From NCBI RefSeq assembly GCF_036321535.1, contig NC_087437.1, positions 110,920,001-110,984,000 on the forward strand: DNA of 64,000 nt, in the 5' to 3' direction. Shown here one piece after another: positions 25,252 to 38,292 of this stretch (position 1 is its first letter; every line of letters starts with the position of its first letter). Source of the stretch: Camelus dromedarius (taxonomy: Eukaryota). The notes under the pieces are model-generated. The model did not search any database. It saw only the letters and a program-made list of their open reading frames with translations, and had not been told where the DNA came from. Made by a program: the position numbers and the translations under genes.

Positions 25252-25424
25252 CATCCATCTGTAAAACAAATCTTAGCACATCCTCAATCATTTTGAATGG
25301 ACTGTCATCATTCAAGGCTTTAAACAGCTTTGTCCCGGCACCCAATACCATGTTTTTAAACAGCAGTAATTCCTCTGCAAAATGAGATTTCTCTTTGCAA
25401 CTTTTCACACCTTACAAAAGGTAC
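25252..25424 (-). other. Candidate 173-nt internal exon of the minus-strand gene, possibly the first coding or uORF exon
   Basis: Acceptor ttacttccctttgtag|G at 25424; donor ATG|GTGAAT at 25252; unique sequence; AAAAACATGG Kozak at 25351 opens MVLGAGTKLFKALNDDSPFKMIEDVLRFVLQMD through the donor. Confidence 0.5.
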
Positions 25425-26369
25425 CTACAAAGGGAAGTAAATCAAATAAAACAATCTAAGTTATATTTAATTCCTCTCTACAAATGTTACCAAACAACAG
25501 AGATACAGCACCAAGACATAAAAAGGGTGCCCTGAAACTTTATTAGATGCAATTTTTGTTAAATATAGCTTAATGAACTAAATAGTTAAATGCTTTTGCA
25601 GAAAAAATCCCAGATAGTGCAATTAAGAGAGATCTACAGGAACACAATGGATTTCTATAAGCAACAGAAAATTCTTCTCAATGGAGGACAAGTCACATGA
25701 ACCACTCAATTAAGACTCTTTTAAGGAGGATGTCTGGACTTTGAAAATGAAGGAAAAAAGACCATCATTTCAGAGCAATCGCATGAAAAACTCTATGACA
25801 ATCCTGGACAATGTGAAGAGCTTCTAGACTAACTGTGTGACTGTGGGCAAATCTTTGAACCTGTGTGCTCATTAATAAAGTGGAGATAATAATATATGCC
25901 AGGATTCACCTCCCAGCATCCTAATTCCCATTGCTCAGATGAAAAAACACTAAGACTCAGGGTCAAATTCCATGGCTAGCCAATACCAGAACCAGGACCC
26001 AGAAGTCCATCCTGTCTAACTCAGAAGCTCAGTGCTCTTCCCTTGCTAGGTGGCAACGAGCACCAAGATTTCCCTTCAGTTGCTGATGATGATTTTGATC
26101 CCGAGAGCTTTGAAACAAGAAAATGGAAGATCCAATGGGAAGTCAGGAAATATAATCAGAGTTTACTCTCTGCCAAGGTTAATCAGCAAATGAGGTAAAG
26201 CGTACTGAGCCCAAACTCTGCCCAAGTGTTTTATATTAATTTTATTTGTGTAATGCCCCTTTAGATCATTCATTAGAGCCAAAACTTACATGGCACTTGG
26301 TGTCCACCTTGCACTACTAGGCTTTTATCATAGATGGGAGAAGCCATTTATTTCCCCCAACATTCTGGT

Positions 26370-26520
26370 GAGACACACACTATTTAAGCCTATTTTACAG
26401 ATGAACAAACTGAGGCAGAATGAAGTGACCTGCCTGAAGTCACACCACTAGTAGTTGATGGGGCCAGAATTCAAACCCAGGCAGTTTGAAGTCAGAGCTG
26501 TGCTATTAACCCCTACACCA
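26370..26520 (-). mobile_element. MIR SINE
   Basis: cctattttacagatgaacaaactgaggc...gaattcaaacccaggcag. Confidence 0.75.
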
Positions 26521-26594
26521 GGGACACGTATCACCACCCATCTTCCATGTGAAGACAGAAACTGAGGAGGCAAGATGTTAAGTAGCTCTCCCAG

Positions 26595-26742
26595 GGAACC
26601 TGGTCTGCCTGGTCTCATCACTTGATCAGTTTGAACCTGCTTAACCTGACCTCATCCCCTAGGAACACTGGATCCTGCCTACCTGACCTTCTCACCTGGT
26701 AACTCAGAACCTGGTCCGCCTGACCTCATCACCTGGGCACTT
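26595..26742. repeat. Degenerate minisatellite, 4 x 37 bp
   Basis: TGACCT/TGGTCT cores recur at 26610, 26647, 26684 and 26721, an exact 37-bp period. Confidence 0.85.
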
Positions 26743-28598
26743 CCCACCGTGCTATGCAAGCTTTAAGGCCTGGCTGGCAGAGGTGATGCCCACACAGCAC
26801 CCCGGGGCCTGGGTAGATGAGTTAGCAAACAGGCTTAGATCTGCAGACCTACAGCTGCAGACTGAGGGGAAAGATGGGAAGCAGGTGGAGGCCTGGAGAG
26901 CGGACGGCGCAACCAAATGAGGCCAAAGGCCCAATCACCTGTTTCAACTGGCTCTGATGAATGCACACTGCACAGCAGAAACTTCTGGAAACTCCTAGGC
27001 CAGTTTACATGCAGCTATTTTGTCTCTGGTCAGGGGCTGTATACACTGAGTTCAATTGGCAAATTAATGACCTTCTAAACCTTTTAGGTCAATCTGAATA
27101 GAGAAATCCAGGCATATCACCTGGAGAGGAGGTTCCCCGGGGAATGTCCCATGACTCCCCTTCCTTCTAAGATGATATGATAACTTCCCAACTCTCACAC
27201 AGACCTCGAGCTCCATACAAGGGAATCCTTCCAGCGAGTTTGGGGTCACATAGCTCATCATGTACTTGACCTTCACAGTATCCCTGTGAGAGTCTCAAAA
27301 GCTTGTCGTCTCGATGTTTCTTGATCCTAATCTTCTGTCAAGCTTTCAAGAACTTCCAAAGCTCTCCAGGTCACCCACTCAGGACTAGACCCCTGAGGCT
27401 CCGGCACAGAGGATCCATCTGACACACTCCTGCTCAGATACAGTCACCCCAGCAGCAGCTGCCTCTAGCTCCACACACCCATAAGCTCCCCCCAGATTCC
27501 TCACACTTCCTGCCTATTAACCCAGCAGCCTAGGCTTCCTGGCCTCACCTTGAACTGAAACTCCTCACACCCACTGGAACGTATTCATGCTGACACAGGC
27601 ATTTTCTAGAAAGCAAGGTTGGGGAGAGGGAGGGTGGGGGAAACCCAGGTTATTAGACTCTTCGGGAAGGTTTCCCGCCTCTCAACTTTCTAGAAAGTTT
27701 GTGCCATACTTATAAAGCGCAGTGGAAAGTTCTAAAAATAAAGGGTCTTAAAGACTCCCAGCAGAGGGAATTTAAGCTACAGACAATTTATTATTCAAAT
27801 AACAAACACTGAGTATCTACTAAGATCAAGACAAAGATGAATAAGACATTCAAAGAGCATGAAGGTCCAAGGGGAAACAAGGAGGCACTTTTGCCAGTTC
27901 CCCCTTCACCCTGATGTATCTCAGAGCTGACTCTCCCACCTACTCCTGGCCAGGTGTTGACACTCCCAGAGGTAAGGGATGGGGCTGAAATCATCCATGT
28001 CAGCCACAGACCCCCACCACGCCCCACCCTGCCACTTACCACAAAATCTGAAGATACAGAAAGGATCTTAGAGGTCACCAAGTCCAACCCAGAACTGGAA
28101 TCTCCTCAATAACTTCCAAGTCCCAGTCTCCACCCTCTTAAGTTGTCAAGTCTCCCCCAAGGAAATGTCTCCTCTACCTACACAAACAGAAACAAGAGTG
28201 GAAGCTCCGTGTCTGTTCCTTCAACAGTCTGGCAGGCTGTTGCTGATACACACACTACAGTGTTAATACATCTGAGATGGGAAGCCCCAGACGGATGATT
28301 CTAAACATCCCAGCTCACAAGGAGGTGGATGAGACCTCAGTACTTAAACACCAACAGGCATTCATTCACAGAGAGAAATAGATGAGAGTAGGGACTGAAG
28401 GGGGATGAGAAGAGTGACAATTGATACAGATATTTCTTCCAGAGTAAGCAGGAATACCAATGCACTAGGTGTATGACTTTTATTTAAAATATTTCTCAAA
28501 ATAAAAATTCAGTTATATTCATCACATCCTTTTAAGAAAGAGGAAGAATATAAATTATGGAAATGAAATCCCTCTTTAATCCTTCAGCCAGATATTTA

Positions 28599-28978
28599 AT
28601 TTTTATGGGGGTTTTTTTGCATTTTTTTATTGAAATACAGCCAGTTTGCAATGTTGTGTCGATTTCTGGTGTACAACATAATGTTTCAGTCATACACATA
28701 CATACATATATTCGTTTTCAGATTCTTTTTCATTATAGGTTACCAGGAGATATTGAACATAGTTCCCTGTGCTATACAGTATATCTATTTTATAATGTAG
28801 TAGTTAGTATCCACAAACTTCAAACTTTCAATTTATCCCTTCCTACCCCCTTTACCCCCTGGTAACCATAAATTTTTTCTCTATGTCTGTGAGTCTGTTT
28901 CTGTTTTGTAAATAAGTTCATTTGTCTTTTTCTAAGATCCCCTATAAAAGTGATATCATATGGTACTTTTCTTTCTCT
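28599..28978 (-). mobile_element. 5'-truncated L1 with perfect 16-bp TSD
   Basis: TTCAGCCAGATATTTA at 28583-28598 and 28979-28994 flanks an L1 3' UTR. Confidence 0.92.
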
Positions 28979-31900
28979 TTCAGCCAGATATTTATTGAGT
29001 CCAATTGTGGTGGAAAGGGGAGTCATGAACTCTGTCCTCAATGAGTAAAATTCAGTCCCATTGGATTGGGGAGAGAAAAATGAATGCAGATAAAACAATT
29101 AGAAAACAATAACCACTCTAATTATGGTCCGGTTTGAGTTCCAAGGGTAAGATTTCAGACACAGGAGGAGTGTGGTCCAGTCACCAGCTCTTTAATACTC
29201 TGACTAAGCCAGGGCCCAGCAGCAGGGGAAGCAGTAAACAAAACATTCTCTTCTTTATCTCTAAGTGTATCTTCTCTATCAGCAAATGGATTTCCTTTCA
29301 GGCAGTTTAAGACCTTGTGGGTCAGGGCTACCTGCCCAGTTTGGGCCAGAAGGAAACAAAGGAAACAAATCAGGTCACCCATCCAGCAATGCTCTTCTCC
29401 CCTGAACAGTTCCTCCTCAAATACAGAGAGTGACAGGCGTTGCAAAGCAGCTGCACAGATGTGTGTTTATAAACTTAAAGTCTGTCACCTCCAACCTAGT
29501 CATCTTTCCTCCTTCAATTCCGCGGAAAGCCTCTCTCATGCCCCTTCCTCCGCAGGGGAGTGTCCACAGGAGACAATGCAAGATGCTGTCAGCAGGAAGA
29601 TTCGACCCTCTGTGGCCCCTGTCAGTTTCTCTCACCTGGGTCAAGAACGTCACATCATTTACCAGTCACCGTCTTTGCTTAAGTAAGGACGTATCATTGC
29701 TTCTGTAAACCCCCTACAAATGTTTATTTACTCTAGCATGTCAGAAGGCAAGAAGAGAATGCGGCATTCAAACAACCAAGTCGGGAAACTCAAACGTGAA
29801 CTTCTGTCCCTGGTCAGCTCTGCGGGGGCTGATACCATCATTTTCCTCCAAGTTCTTGTCTAGTGTCAATGCCACCTCCCAGGGCAACCTCATCTGGGAG
29901 GGTCCCCTCTGAACTCACAGTGAAAAGGTTCTGAATATGATCTACACTTATTTCAGGGAGAGTTAACGTTCATGCAGCTGAAGTTCACTCCCAAGCAGAG
30001 TTCCCTATCTAGATCTCTTTAGCTTTACTGAGCCATGTTACAGACAAAGCTGAGGCTGAGAAATGAAGCAACTTGACCAAGGTTGCCCAGAGACTTGAAC
30101 AGACATCTAACTCCAAAAATCGCTGCTCTTCAGCCTCGAGGCCATCCTGTTTCCCATCATAAGAGTGTAGGTTCTCAAACTGGCAAATGGAAGCGGGCTC
30201 AGAGCACTGAAGCATCTTTGTGTGATTATGGGGCTCAAAGAGGCAGCAGGGCCACAAAGGCTGGAGAGCTCTAAACCTATAAACTGTAGGCTACCCCAGA
30301 GACCGACGGCAGGAGCCCTCCTGGTGGACGCACACCCAGAAGCAGGGCGCCTCCTGGTCCACACTGAGCAGGCAGCTGCCCGCACCAGCTGGCTGGCCAC
30401 ATCTCTAGTTTCCAGAACCAACCTCTAAGATCCTGGGACCCTTGGCCACCCTTGGGGTCCAGAGCCGAAGAAAATGTGAGCAAACGGACAAATGATTTTG
30501 GAGGGACACACTTCTAATCAGTTCACCTTTAAGGCTGAGCCTTACAAACCCAGTGGATCTGGCTTACTCCTGAGTAATAAATTTAGGGGTTAAAAAAATA
30601 AACAATGACTACTGACTATCAGGAACAAGAAACAGAACTGAACGGTTCTGGATCCAAGTCAATCCCAGCACCACTGACTTACGCCCCACAGAGCACGCTA
30701 CCATGGCTAATTTCTCTCCAGATGGCGGCTTGTACTTTTCCAGGCAAAATCTCATCTCCCCAAGCCTTGCCTCACCTTTCTACAGCGCTTTGTGTTTTCC
30801 CAACGTCCTCTGTGTGCAGAAGGCTTTGCAACACCTCCAAATTTACTGCCACCTCCAGATTTAATTAGCAGACTGTTTACTCCCCCTTCACTGTTTGGAA
30901 TATCTTAAGTAAAACCAGGTTTCCACTGAGCCCATGGGTACTCCACCCTGGGCCTCCTTCCAATCAGCTCCCTGGTGCAGGCGTGTTTGCCCAGCTCCAA
31001 CCCTGAGTCTGGCCCTTGTCCAAGGCAAGTCTGTGCTGCGAGCCAGCCGCTGGGTACGACGTGAGGGCCTTCCAGCCCTGGGGCTGCCCGAGTGAGAGGA
31101 GGCCATGCAGGAGGAAGGGCAAAGGTGGTCAAATAAAAAGTAAAATAAAATAAAATAAAGCGACACTCAGTTAAGGCAAGGCTTTATTGGTTTCAAAAAA
31201 AAAAAAAAGGAGGGTGGTGCAGACAGGCCTGCTGAACACATTTTTTTAGGACTTCTCACGTGACCTATATATTACCAGGAAAAAGGGGAGGGGGATGAAA
31301 ATGGGAAGAGAGGTGGTGAAAGAAATGAAGAGGACGGGCCCAGAGGGAAGAGGGCAGGAGAGAAGCAAAGTGCACAATCCACTTTTTTTAATGAGCCACT
31401 AACTCTATCCATTAACACACACAAACTGAACATGCATTTTATGTTCAACCAGACAGGAATTAAAAATATCTCTCATCGCAAGGACTCTGGTTGGCATCTG
31501 TCAGGGAAAACAAATCAGCAACCAACAGCAAAGGAAATAAATATGAAACTGGCAAGCCATGCAAACAGGCATGAAGTTCATTCTTCTACAAGCAGTTTAA
31601 TGATGCAAGGACTCACAAATCATTCTGGCTACGGAGCAGGAGTGGAGATGACGAAGAAACAGCCCTCTGGACCAGCAAAAACCAGGCACAGTCCTGAATG
31701 CCCATACCCAAACAGCCCCACACTGATGGACCATCACTTATACAGCAAAGCCACGTGCGAGATCTCACCATGAAAAGCCGCACCTCCCCTCCTTACGCTC
31801 TTCATTAATTTGTCTTAAACTATTTTAGGGTTTGTGACTACTCTGCTTTATTCTTAAGCTTTTAAAAGGAAGTCAGGCAATTAAATATGCAGTGCTATTA

Positions 31901-32178
31901 TTACTCATAATAAGTGCTGGGATCATGTCTACCTGATCATCGAAATCTGCTTAAATTAAATTTGCTGCAGAGAAAATTCCTCTGTCCTTCCAGGGAGCTG
32001 GTGAAGAAAATGCACTGTGCGTAACTCACTCTCCCATCCATGTGTCATTTTGCCCACACTCTGGCTTCCAACATGCTTTGGAGGGCCTGTCAGAATGAAG
32101 AGATTCCTGAAATAAGAGAGACTCCACCCACTCTAGCAGGTTATCCTGGGAAGATAAGTGAGCAGCCAGTCTCTTGAA

Positions 32179-32468
32179 CAGGGCTATCCAATAAAAAAAC
32201 ATAACTCTAAGTTTTCTAGTAGCTGCATTTTTTAAAAAGTGAAAAGGTTAAATTAGTAACCCAGTTTATTCAACCTGGTATATCACCAATATTATTTCAA
32301 CATGTAATCAATACAAAAAAATTGTTAATGAGGTGTCTTAGCTTCTCTTTTTCACTAAGTTTTGAAATTTGGGTATAGCTTATGCTTATAGCACAGTCTA
32401 ATTCAGACCAGCCACATCTCAAAGGCTCAGTAGCCCCACGTGGCTAGTGGCCACTGTAGTGGGCATTA
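32179..32468. mobile_element. hAT-Charlie element (MER33/MER3-like)
   Basis: cagggctatccaata... and aattcagaccagccacat...agccccacgtggctagtggccactgta. Confidence 0.7.
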
Positions 32469-33203
32469 CACCTACAGTTGCTCTGGTTGTAATGTGTGCC
32501 CAGGAAGAAATGAGGTTAGATAAAGGATTTCTGAAGCATGAAGGATTCTTGATCTCTTAAATGCCTAATCACAGGACACGCTGAACTTTTCTTTCATAGA
32601 GCCTTCCTTCAAGAGGCAAAAGTGCCCTTTGGTCTGTCAGAAATAGCTGCCTAGAATCAGGAGAACCTCTCCAGGGTCCTGAGCCTCAGATCCAAAATTC
32701 TAACAAACACCCCTCAATAGAATAGAAAATACAGGATGTTTATTGAGTACCTCCTAGCTGCAAGAAACCACAGTAGGGGCCGAAACAAAACCTGTCCAAA
32801 CTCACAATTAACTTCTAAGCCCAAGAGACTGGCCGGGGTGGGGCTTCTTTTGTGGATCGCCAGGCCTTAAAAAGTCACTGCGTCTCAGTGCCTGCATTGA
32901 GAAAGCAAGTGTCTCTAACGACAGGAAACTGAGCCCCCTGCGCTAACAGCCTGTTCTAAGTTCCAGGACAAATCAAAGCTTCCAGAGTCATCACTTAAGC
33001 ATCAATCTTAATTTCTGCCTGCCCGTCACTGAGTCTTCACCACCCAAAGAATCCTAAAAGAACACTGGCTGTCAGAGTATTTGCAGTTCTTGAGGTTTTC
33101 TTTCCTCAGGGTCCTTGTTGCCCTAAGTTGACCTAGGAAGTTCTTGTTGACCCAATTTTTTTTTTATATCACCTTAAAATGGAAGCATATCTAAATGAGC
33201 CCA

Positions 33204-33325
33204 GGGCAGAGAGTAAAGCTCAGTGGTAGAGTGTGGGCTTAGCATGCACGAGGCCCTGGGTTCAATCCCCAGTACCTGTATCAAAAAGTAACAAGGAAGG
33301 AAGGAAGGAAGGAAAGAAAGGAAGG
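33204..33325 (+). mobile_element. tRNA-derived SINE (vic-1-like) with (GGAA)n tail
   Basis: AGCTCAGTGGTAGAG...GGGTTCAATCCCCAGTACC. Confidence 0.85.
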
Positions 33326-33999
33326 CACAATTTTAAAAACTCAGCTCTGATTCCTTAAAATTCATGAAAGGTATGGACCTCGAGCTTTACAGTGGGAGGA
33401 CGGCCCCATTGAGGCCCTGTGGGGTTGGGAATGAGCGTGGCTCGCACATCAAAAGGCCCGGGTCTCTCAGATCCCACTGGAGCTCTGGATGGTGGCAAGT
33501 CCCTTTCACTGTTAAGACAGGCTGGTTCTCTATCCAGATCTTTTCCTCCTTCCCATCACCTTGATTTCTCCACAGAGCTCAGCTATTCCTCACCCCTCCT
33601 GTGGGCACAGAAAAGCCCCCAGACAAGGGTTCTCAGCTGACAGGAGAGGCTGAGGTCCAGCCCTGGCACAATCCACTGTGTGACACTTGGCGGGGTGGAA
33701 GGGGAGGGGGGGGAACAGTCAACTCATTATTCCTTCTTATCCCGAGCAAGCACCCAACTGAAGGCCTACCAGGGTGCCAGCCCCAGTGCTAGGAATGGGG
33801 GTGACGGAGGCCTAGAATGGTCCTGCCCTCAAGAACTTCAGGGCCTCGACAGGGAGGCACACAAATGGGTAAATAGAAGACAACAGGTCATTACGCCAGC
33901 AGAGAAGGTCCCAGAAGACTTTCTAGAGAAGACGGTGCCTGTGTTGGTTAAAAAAGTAACCAAGACTAGAGCAGAAAGGGAGACATTCGGCTAAGCAAA

Positions 34000-34220
34000 G
34001 AGCTTCTTGAGCTCTTACCAGGTGCCAGGCCCTGTGGAAACATCTACAGGAATTAACTTATCTACTCCTCACAACAGCCCTACGAGGCAGGTACTATTAC
34101 CCTCCCCACTTGACAGATGAGAAAACTGAGGCATGGAGCAAGATAATAGATTACTCAAGGTCATTCTGTTAGTAAGTGGCCAAGCAGACAGTGTGAACCA
34201 AACTGTCCCACTCTGGGTTA
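34000..34220 (-). mobile_element. MIR SINE
   Basis: gtgccaggccctgtg...cctcacaacagccct...acagatgagaaaactgaggc. Confidence 0.75.
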
Positions 34221-34740
34221 CTGCCCTTCCCAAGGGGCCCCAGTGTCTGCATACACAAGAGTAAGCTGTGTTTGTCAATTTCTCAGCAAAAGCTGAAACC
34301 TGGACCACATTGGAAGGCAGGAGAGTAATTTAAATGCAAGAACCTTTTGATGAAGGGAGTCATGCGGACAGTGATGGACCACTGGAGCCCAGAAGAGCCA
34401 TCTACATGCATCAAGTTCAATGTCATCCCAGTGCCCTTCAATCCAAACATAGCCATCTCACTGGCAGCTGCCAATCTGCGTCCACCTCAAGGTTGAGTGG
34501 ACAAGACTGGGCTGAGCAAGATGTGGGGTAGAAGGGACAGCACAGGGGACAGACACCAGGCCAAGAAGCCTAGACTTTATCCAGTAGACAATGGGGACTC
34601 TGACGGGTTCTAAGCCAGGAGTGACATGATCCCACAGGTTATCAAGGGGGTGGCTGACTCCACGGGGAAAATGCATTGGGGTGTAAAGATGAGACGGTAG
34701 GGAGGGGAAGGCAAGCGTTCAGGAGAGAGGGCAAGGAGCA

Positions 34741-35139
34741 TGTATTAGTTTCTGAGGGCTTCCAAAACAAAGTACTACAAACCGGGTGGCTTAACATAAT
34801 AGAGGCCAATTGTCCCAGCTCTGAGGTTAGAGGTCCACAGTGAAGGGATCCCCTGGGAGGCTTTAGGAAAGGATCCTTCTTTGTCTCTTCCAGCTTCTGG
34901 TGGCGCCTGGCAATCCACACCTTGTCGTTACATCAGTCCAATTTCCTCCACTGTCCCAGCCTTCTCCCGTTGTGTCTGTGTCTCTGAATCTGAAAACACT
35001 GAAGTTAGGGCTCGCTCTACTCCTGTATGACCTTCTCTTAAGTAATTACATCTGTGAGGACCCTGTTTCCGAATAAGGACACATTCTGAGTTTCCAGTGG
35101 ACATGAGCTTTGGGGGGACACTACTCAATCCAATATGCA
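34741..35139 (-). mobile_element. MaLR LTR (MLT1C-like)
   Basis: tgtattagtttc...aacaaagtactacaaaccgggtggcttaa...ggggggacactactcaatcc. Confidence 0.85.
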
Positions 35140-35212
35140 GGGCCTGAGCCATGGCAGGGGAACCGGATTCAGTGGGGAGACAGAGGGAAGAGACACAGCA
35201 AGATAGAAAACA

Positions 35213-35345
35213 GGGGGAGTAGGTATAGCTCAGTGGTAGAGTGCCTGCTTAGCATGCACGAGGTCACGGGTTCAATGCCCAGTACCTCCACTAAAAAAAA
35301 TAAATGAATGAACCCAACTGCTTCCTCTAAAAAAAGAAAAAAATT
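35213..35345 (+). mobile_element. tRNA-derived SINE (vic-1-like)
   Basis: GGTATAGCTCAGTGGTAGAG...GGGTTCAATGCCCAGTACC followed by an A-rich tail. Confidence 0.88.
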
Positions 35346-35732
35346 ATAAACTAGAAAAAAAATTTTTAATAATTTCAAAAAAGTTTTTTTTAAACTGTGT
35401 AGAACAGTGAGGATGGGGTGACGTCTTCTAGAAAAGTGCAAAAATTAGAAACACAGCTTTATTTACATAAGCATATAAATCTGCAAGAATTCACCAAAAA
35501 AAAAACAAGAGTTATCTGAGGGTGAAGAAAAAATGGAGTAAACAGGGATAGAGTGAAAGCAAGACTTCTTCGGGCATACTTTATTATATTCTGCGGCGTC
35601 AGAAATCAGGATTGGGGCTGCTCTTAACAGGGGTGCTGACAGGAAGGGGCGCAAGGAAGGTTTCAGCACGTTCTGATTCCGGATCTGAACACTGGTTACA
35701 AGGGTGTGTTGTTTGTAAGAATTCATCAAGCT

Positions 35733-35824
35733 GGGGGAGGGTATAGCTCAGTGATAGAGTACGTGCCTACCATGCACAAGGTCCTGGGTTCAATCCCCAG
35801 TATCTCCATTTGAAAAAAAAAAAA
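35733..35824 (+). mobile_element. Short tRNA-derived SINE (vic-1-like) inserted in an old L1M 3' end
   Basis: A and B boxes, poly(A); 16-bp TSD aagaatt(c/t)atcaagct at 35717-35732 and 35825-35840. Confidence 0.9.
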
Positions 35825-37314
35825 AAGAATTTATCAAGCTATACACTTAATGTATGCTTCATGTACGTTACCTTCCAATTTTGATATTTTTTTAAATAAG
35901 CACTTATACACACAAATGTTGGGAAATAGCTTCCTATCTGCTAACTGGAGATGATGCCGCTCGGTCTACAGCAAAGCTCTCCTGGCCTGATGATGTCAAT
36001 AATCCTAAGGGAGGTGACACAGAGTGCTGTCTCCATGCAAATTTAATGTCATGGAATTTCATGGAACACCGTCCACACACTATGCTTCAAAAATCATCTT
36101 TTTTTTCCCCCAAAAGAAATGTGACTACAAAATGTTTGGATGAGTGCTTTCTTTGTTTCAAAAGATGTCCCCATTATCAAAGGCTGAAATTTTAGCTATA
36201 AGGAAGAAGGTTGGGGGGGGGCGGTCCCTGAAAATATTTTTACAGTTTTCACACTGAAACAAAACACCAAAAATGGATTTTGCACAAGAAGTGAAGGGAG
36301 GAGGGGCGGCTGCCTGAGCTCAAGAGCTGCACACACGGTCCCTGCCCGGCCGCCGGCTCCAGCCACCTACCATGCCTCCGCGTAATGGAAACACCAGATT
36401 TAAACAGGTGTCATAACAGTAAAAGGGCCCCGTAAATGGGAAAGGCAGAAGGCCCGGAGGAGCTGGACAGCTGGTGCAGGAGTGAGGGTTACAGCCCTAA
36501 GTGGTCCCCAGACTTCCGGAGTCTGCCGTCCTTCGCCTCACACACACTTAAACATCCATCTGCCTTCATGAGCGCACACACACCACATATATAAAATCGC
36601 TCAACAGGAAATTTCTTCCATTCTTAAATGGTCTTGCCTGAATAAAATCCCTCGGACGGAGTGCTCTGAGATATTGGATTGCTTTAAACGACAGGAGAAA
36701 CGAGCATGGGCGGGTTAAGCCACAATAAACAGTCTGCTCCGCGGAGCAGGGTCACGTGGACACCCTGGGCTGCTCCGAGGAGGGGAATGAAATGAGAAGG
36801 GGGCTGGGGAATGCAGCAGCCTTGAAAGGGGGTGACTACTGGGATGGGGAATGGAATCAGCCTCTCCCAGCCCCCATAACTGCCCAAGCGCTGTCATCAG
36901 CTGATAAGCGTGGCTTTTGTGGGTCCACAAAACCCACTCTGCATGGCCTTGCTCGTGCCATCTACTCTCCCTGCTTCCCCACTTTCTCATCTGTCAAATG
37001 GGATGACAATCCCCACCTTGCAAGGATTTCTTAATGGGGACGGATAAAGTAGGAAAAAGGCCCAGCACAAGAATCTATAAAAGGGAGCCAGTCTAATGGT
37101 CATGGTCATGAACACCACTTATAAAACTATTCATTGTGTACTTGTGAAAAAGGGACTCCTCGTTCTTTGCCCAGAAGAAAGTACAAGATGAAGGACAGCA
37201 TTTGCCTGCAAGTCTCATTAATTCTCCAAAACAGTTCAATAAGAAAAGTGTAGCAGAGGCTGCAAGAAGACACTGAGGATGAAAAGAGGTGGGAAGAGGG
37301 AGATAAAACTGAAT

Positions 37315-37705
37315 TTAATCCTGGTTTGCTAGGGCAGCCATAACAAAGTACCACAGACTGGTACTGGCGGCTGAAACCACAGAAATGTGTTTCCCCACAG
37401 CTCTGGAGGCTGGGAAGTCTGTCATCAAGGTGCTGACGGGTGGCTTTCTCCCGAGGCCTCTCTCCCCAGCCTGGAGATGGCTGCCTTCTTACTGTGTCTT
37501 CACATGTCCTTCCCTCTGTCTGGTGGCCCTCTGTGTGTCCAAATTTCCTCTTCTTATAAGGACACCGGTCAGATTGGATCAAAGCCTACCCTAATGAGCT
37601 CTTTCTCACTCACTTCTTTAAAGGCCCCATCTCCAAATACATTCTGAGGTTCTGGGATTAGGGCCTCAGTATATGAATTTGGGGGGACAGAATTCAGCCC
37701 ACAAA
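37315..37705 (-). mobile_element. MaLR LTR (MLT1B-like)
   Basis: ctagggcagccataacaaagtaccacagactgg...gggggacagaattcagccc. Confidence 0.85.
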
Positions 37706-37764
37706 ACCTCCCTACAGCAAAATTTGAAATGCTGAATTGGGTACTCATAGAACTAAAGAATCCA

Positions 37765-38292
37765 CATGATGGAAACAACCCAAGTGCCCATCAACAGACA
37801 ACTGGTTTAAGAAGATGTGGTATAGATACATAATGGAATATTACTCGGCCGTAAAAAAGAATGAAATATTACCATTTGCAGAAAAACACGGATGGACCTA
37901 GAGAATATTATACTTAGTGAAGTGAGTCAGACAGGGAAAGACAAATATTATACGATATCATTTACATATGGAAATTTAAAAATAATACAAATGAATCTAT
38001 ACACAAAACAGAACAGACCCACAGACATAGAAAACAAACTTATGGTTACCAAAGTGGGGGGAGGCAGATAAAGTAGGAATATGGGACTAAATACAAACTC
38101 TTATACATAAAATAGACAAGCAATAAGGGTTTGCTGTATAGCAGAGGATACTATATTCAACATCTTATAATAACCTATAATGGAAAAAGATCTGAGAACA
38201 CAATATATGTATACATAAAACTGAGTCATTTTGCTACATACCTGTAACTAACACAATATTGTAAACCAACTATACTTCAATTTTTAAAAAAG
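37765..38292 (+). mobile_element. L1 3' fragment
   Basis: tggaaacaacccaagtgcccatcaacag...tgtaaaccaactatacttcaa. Confidence 0.9.

Noticed and set aside
26595..26742. Regularly spaced repeats as a possible CRISPR-like array
   Set aside because: The units are contiguous degenerate tandem copies without unique spacers, there are no cas genes, and the DNA is mammalian.
33204..35824. tRNA-like sequences with A and B boxes
   Set aside because: They have A-rich or simple-repeat tails, at least one clear TSD and multiple diverged copies, so they are SINEs rather than tRNA genes.
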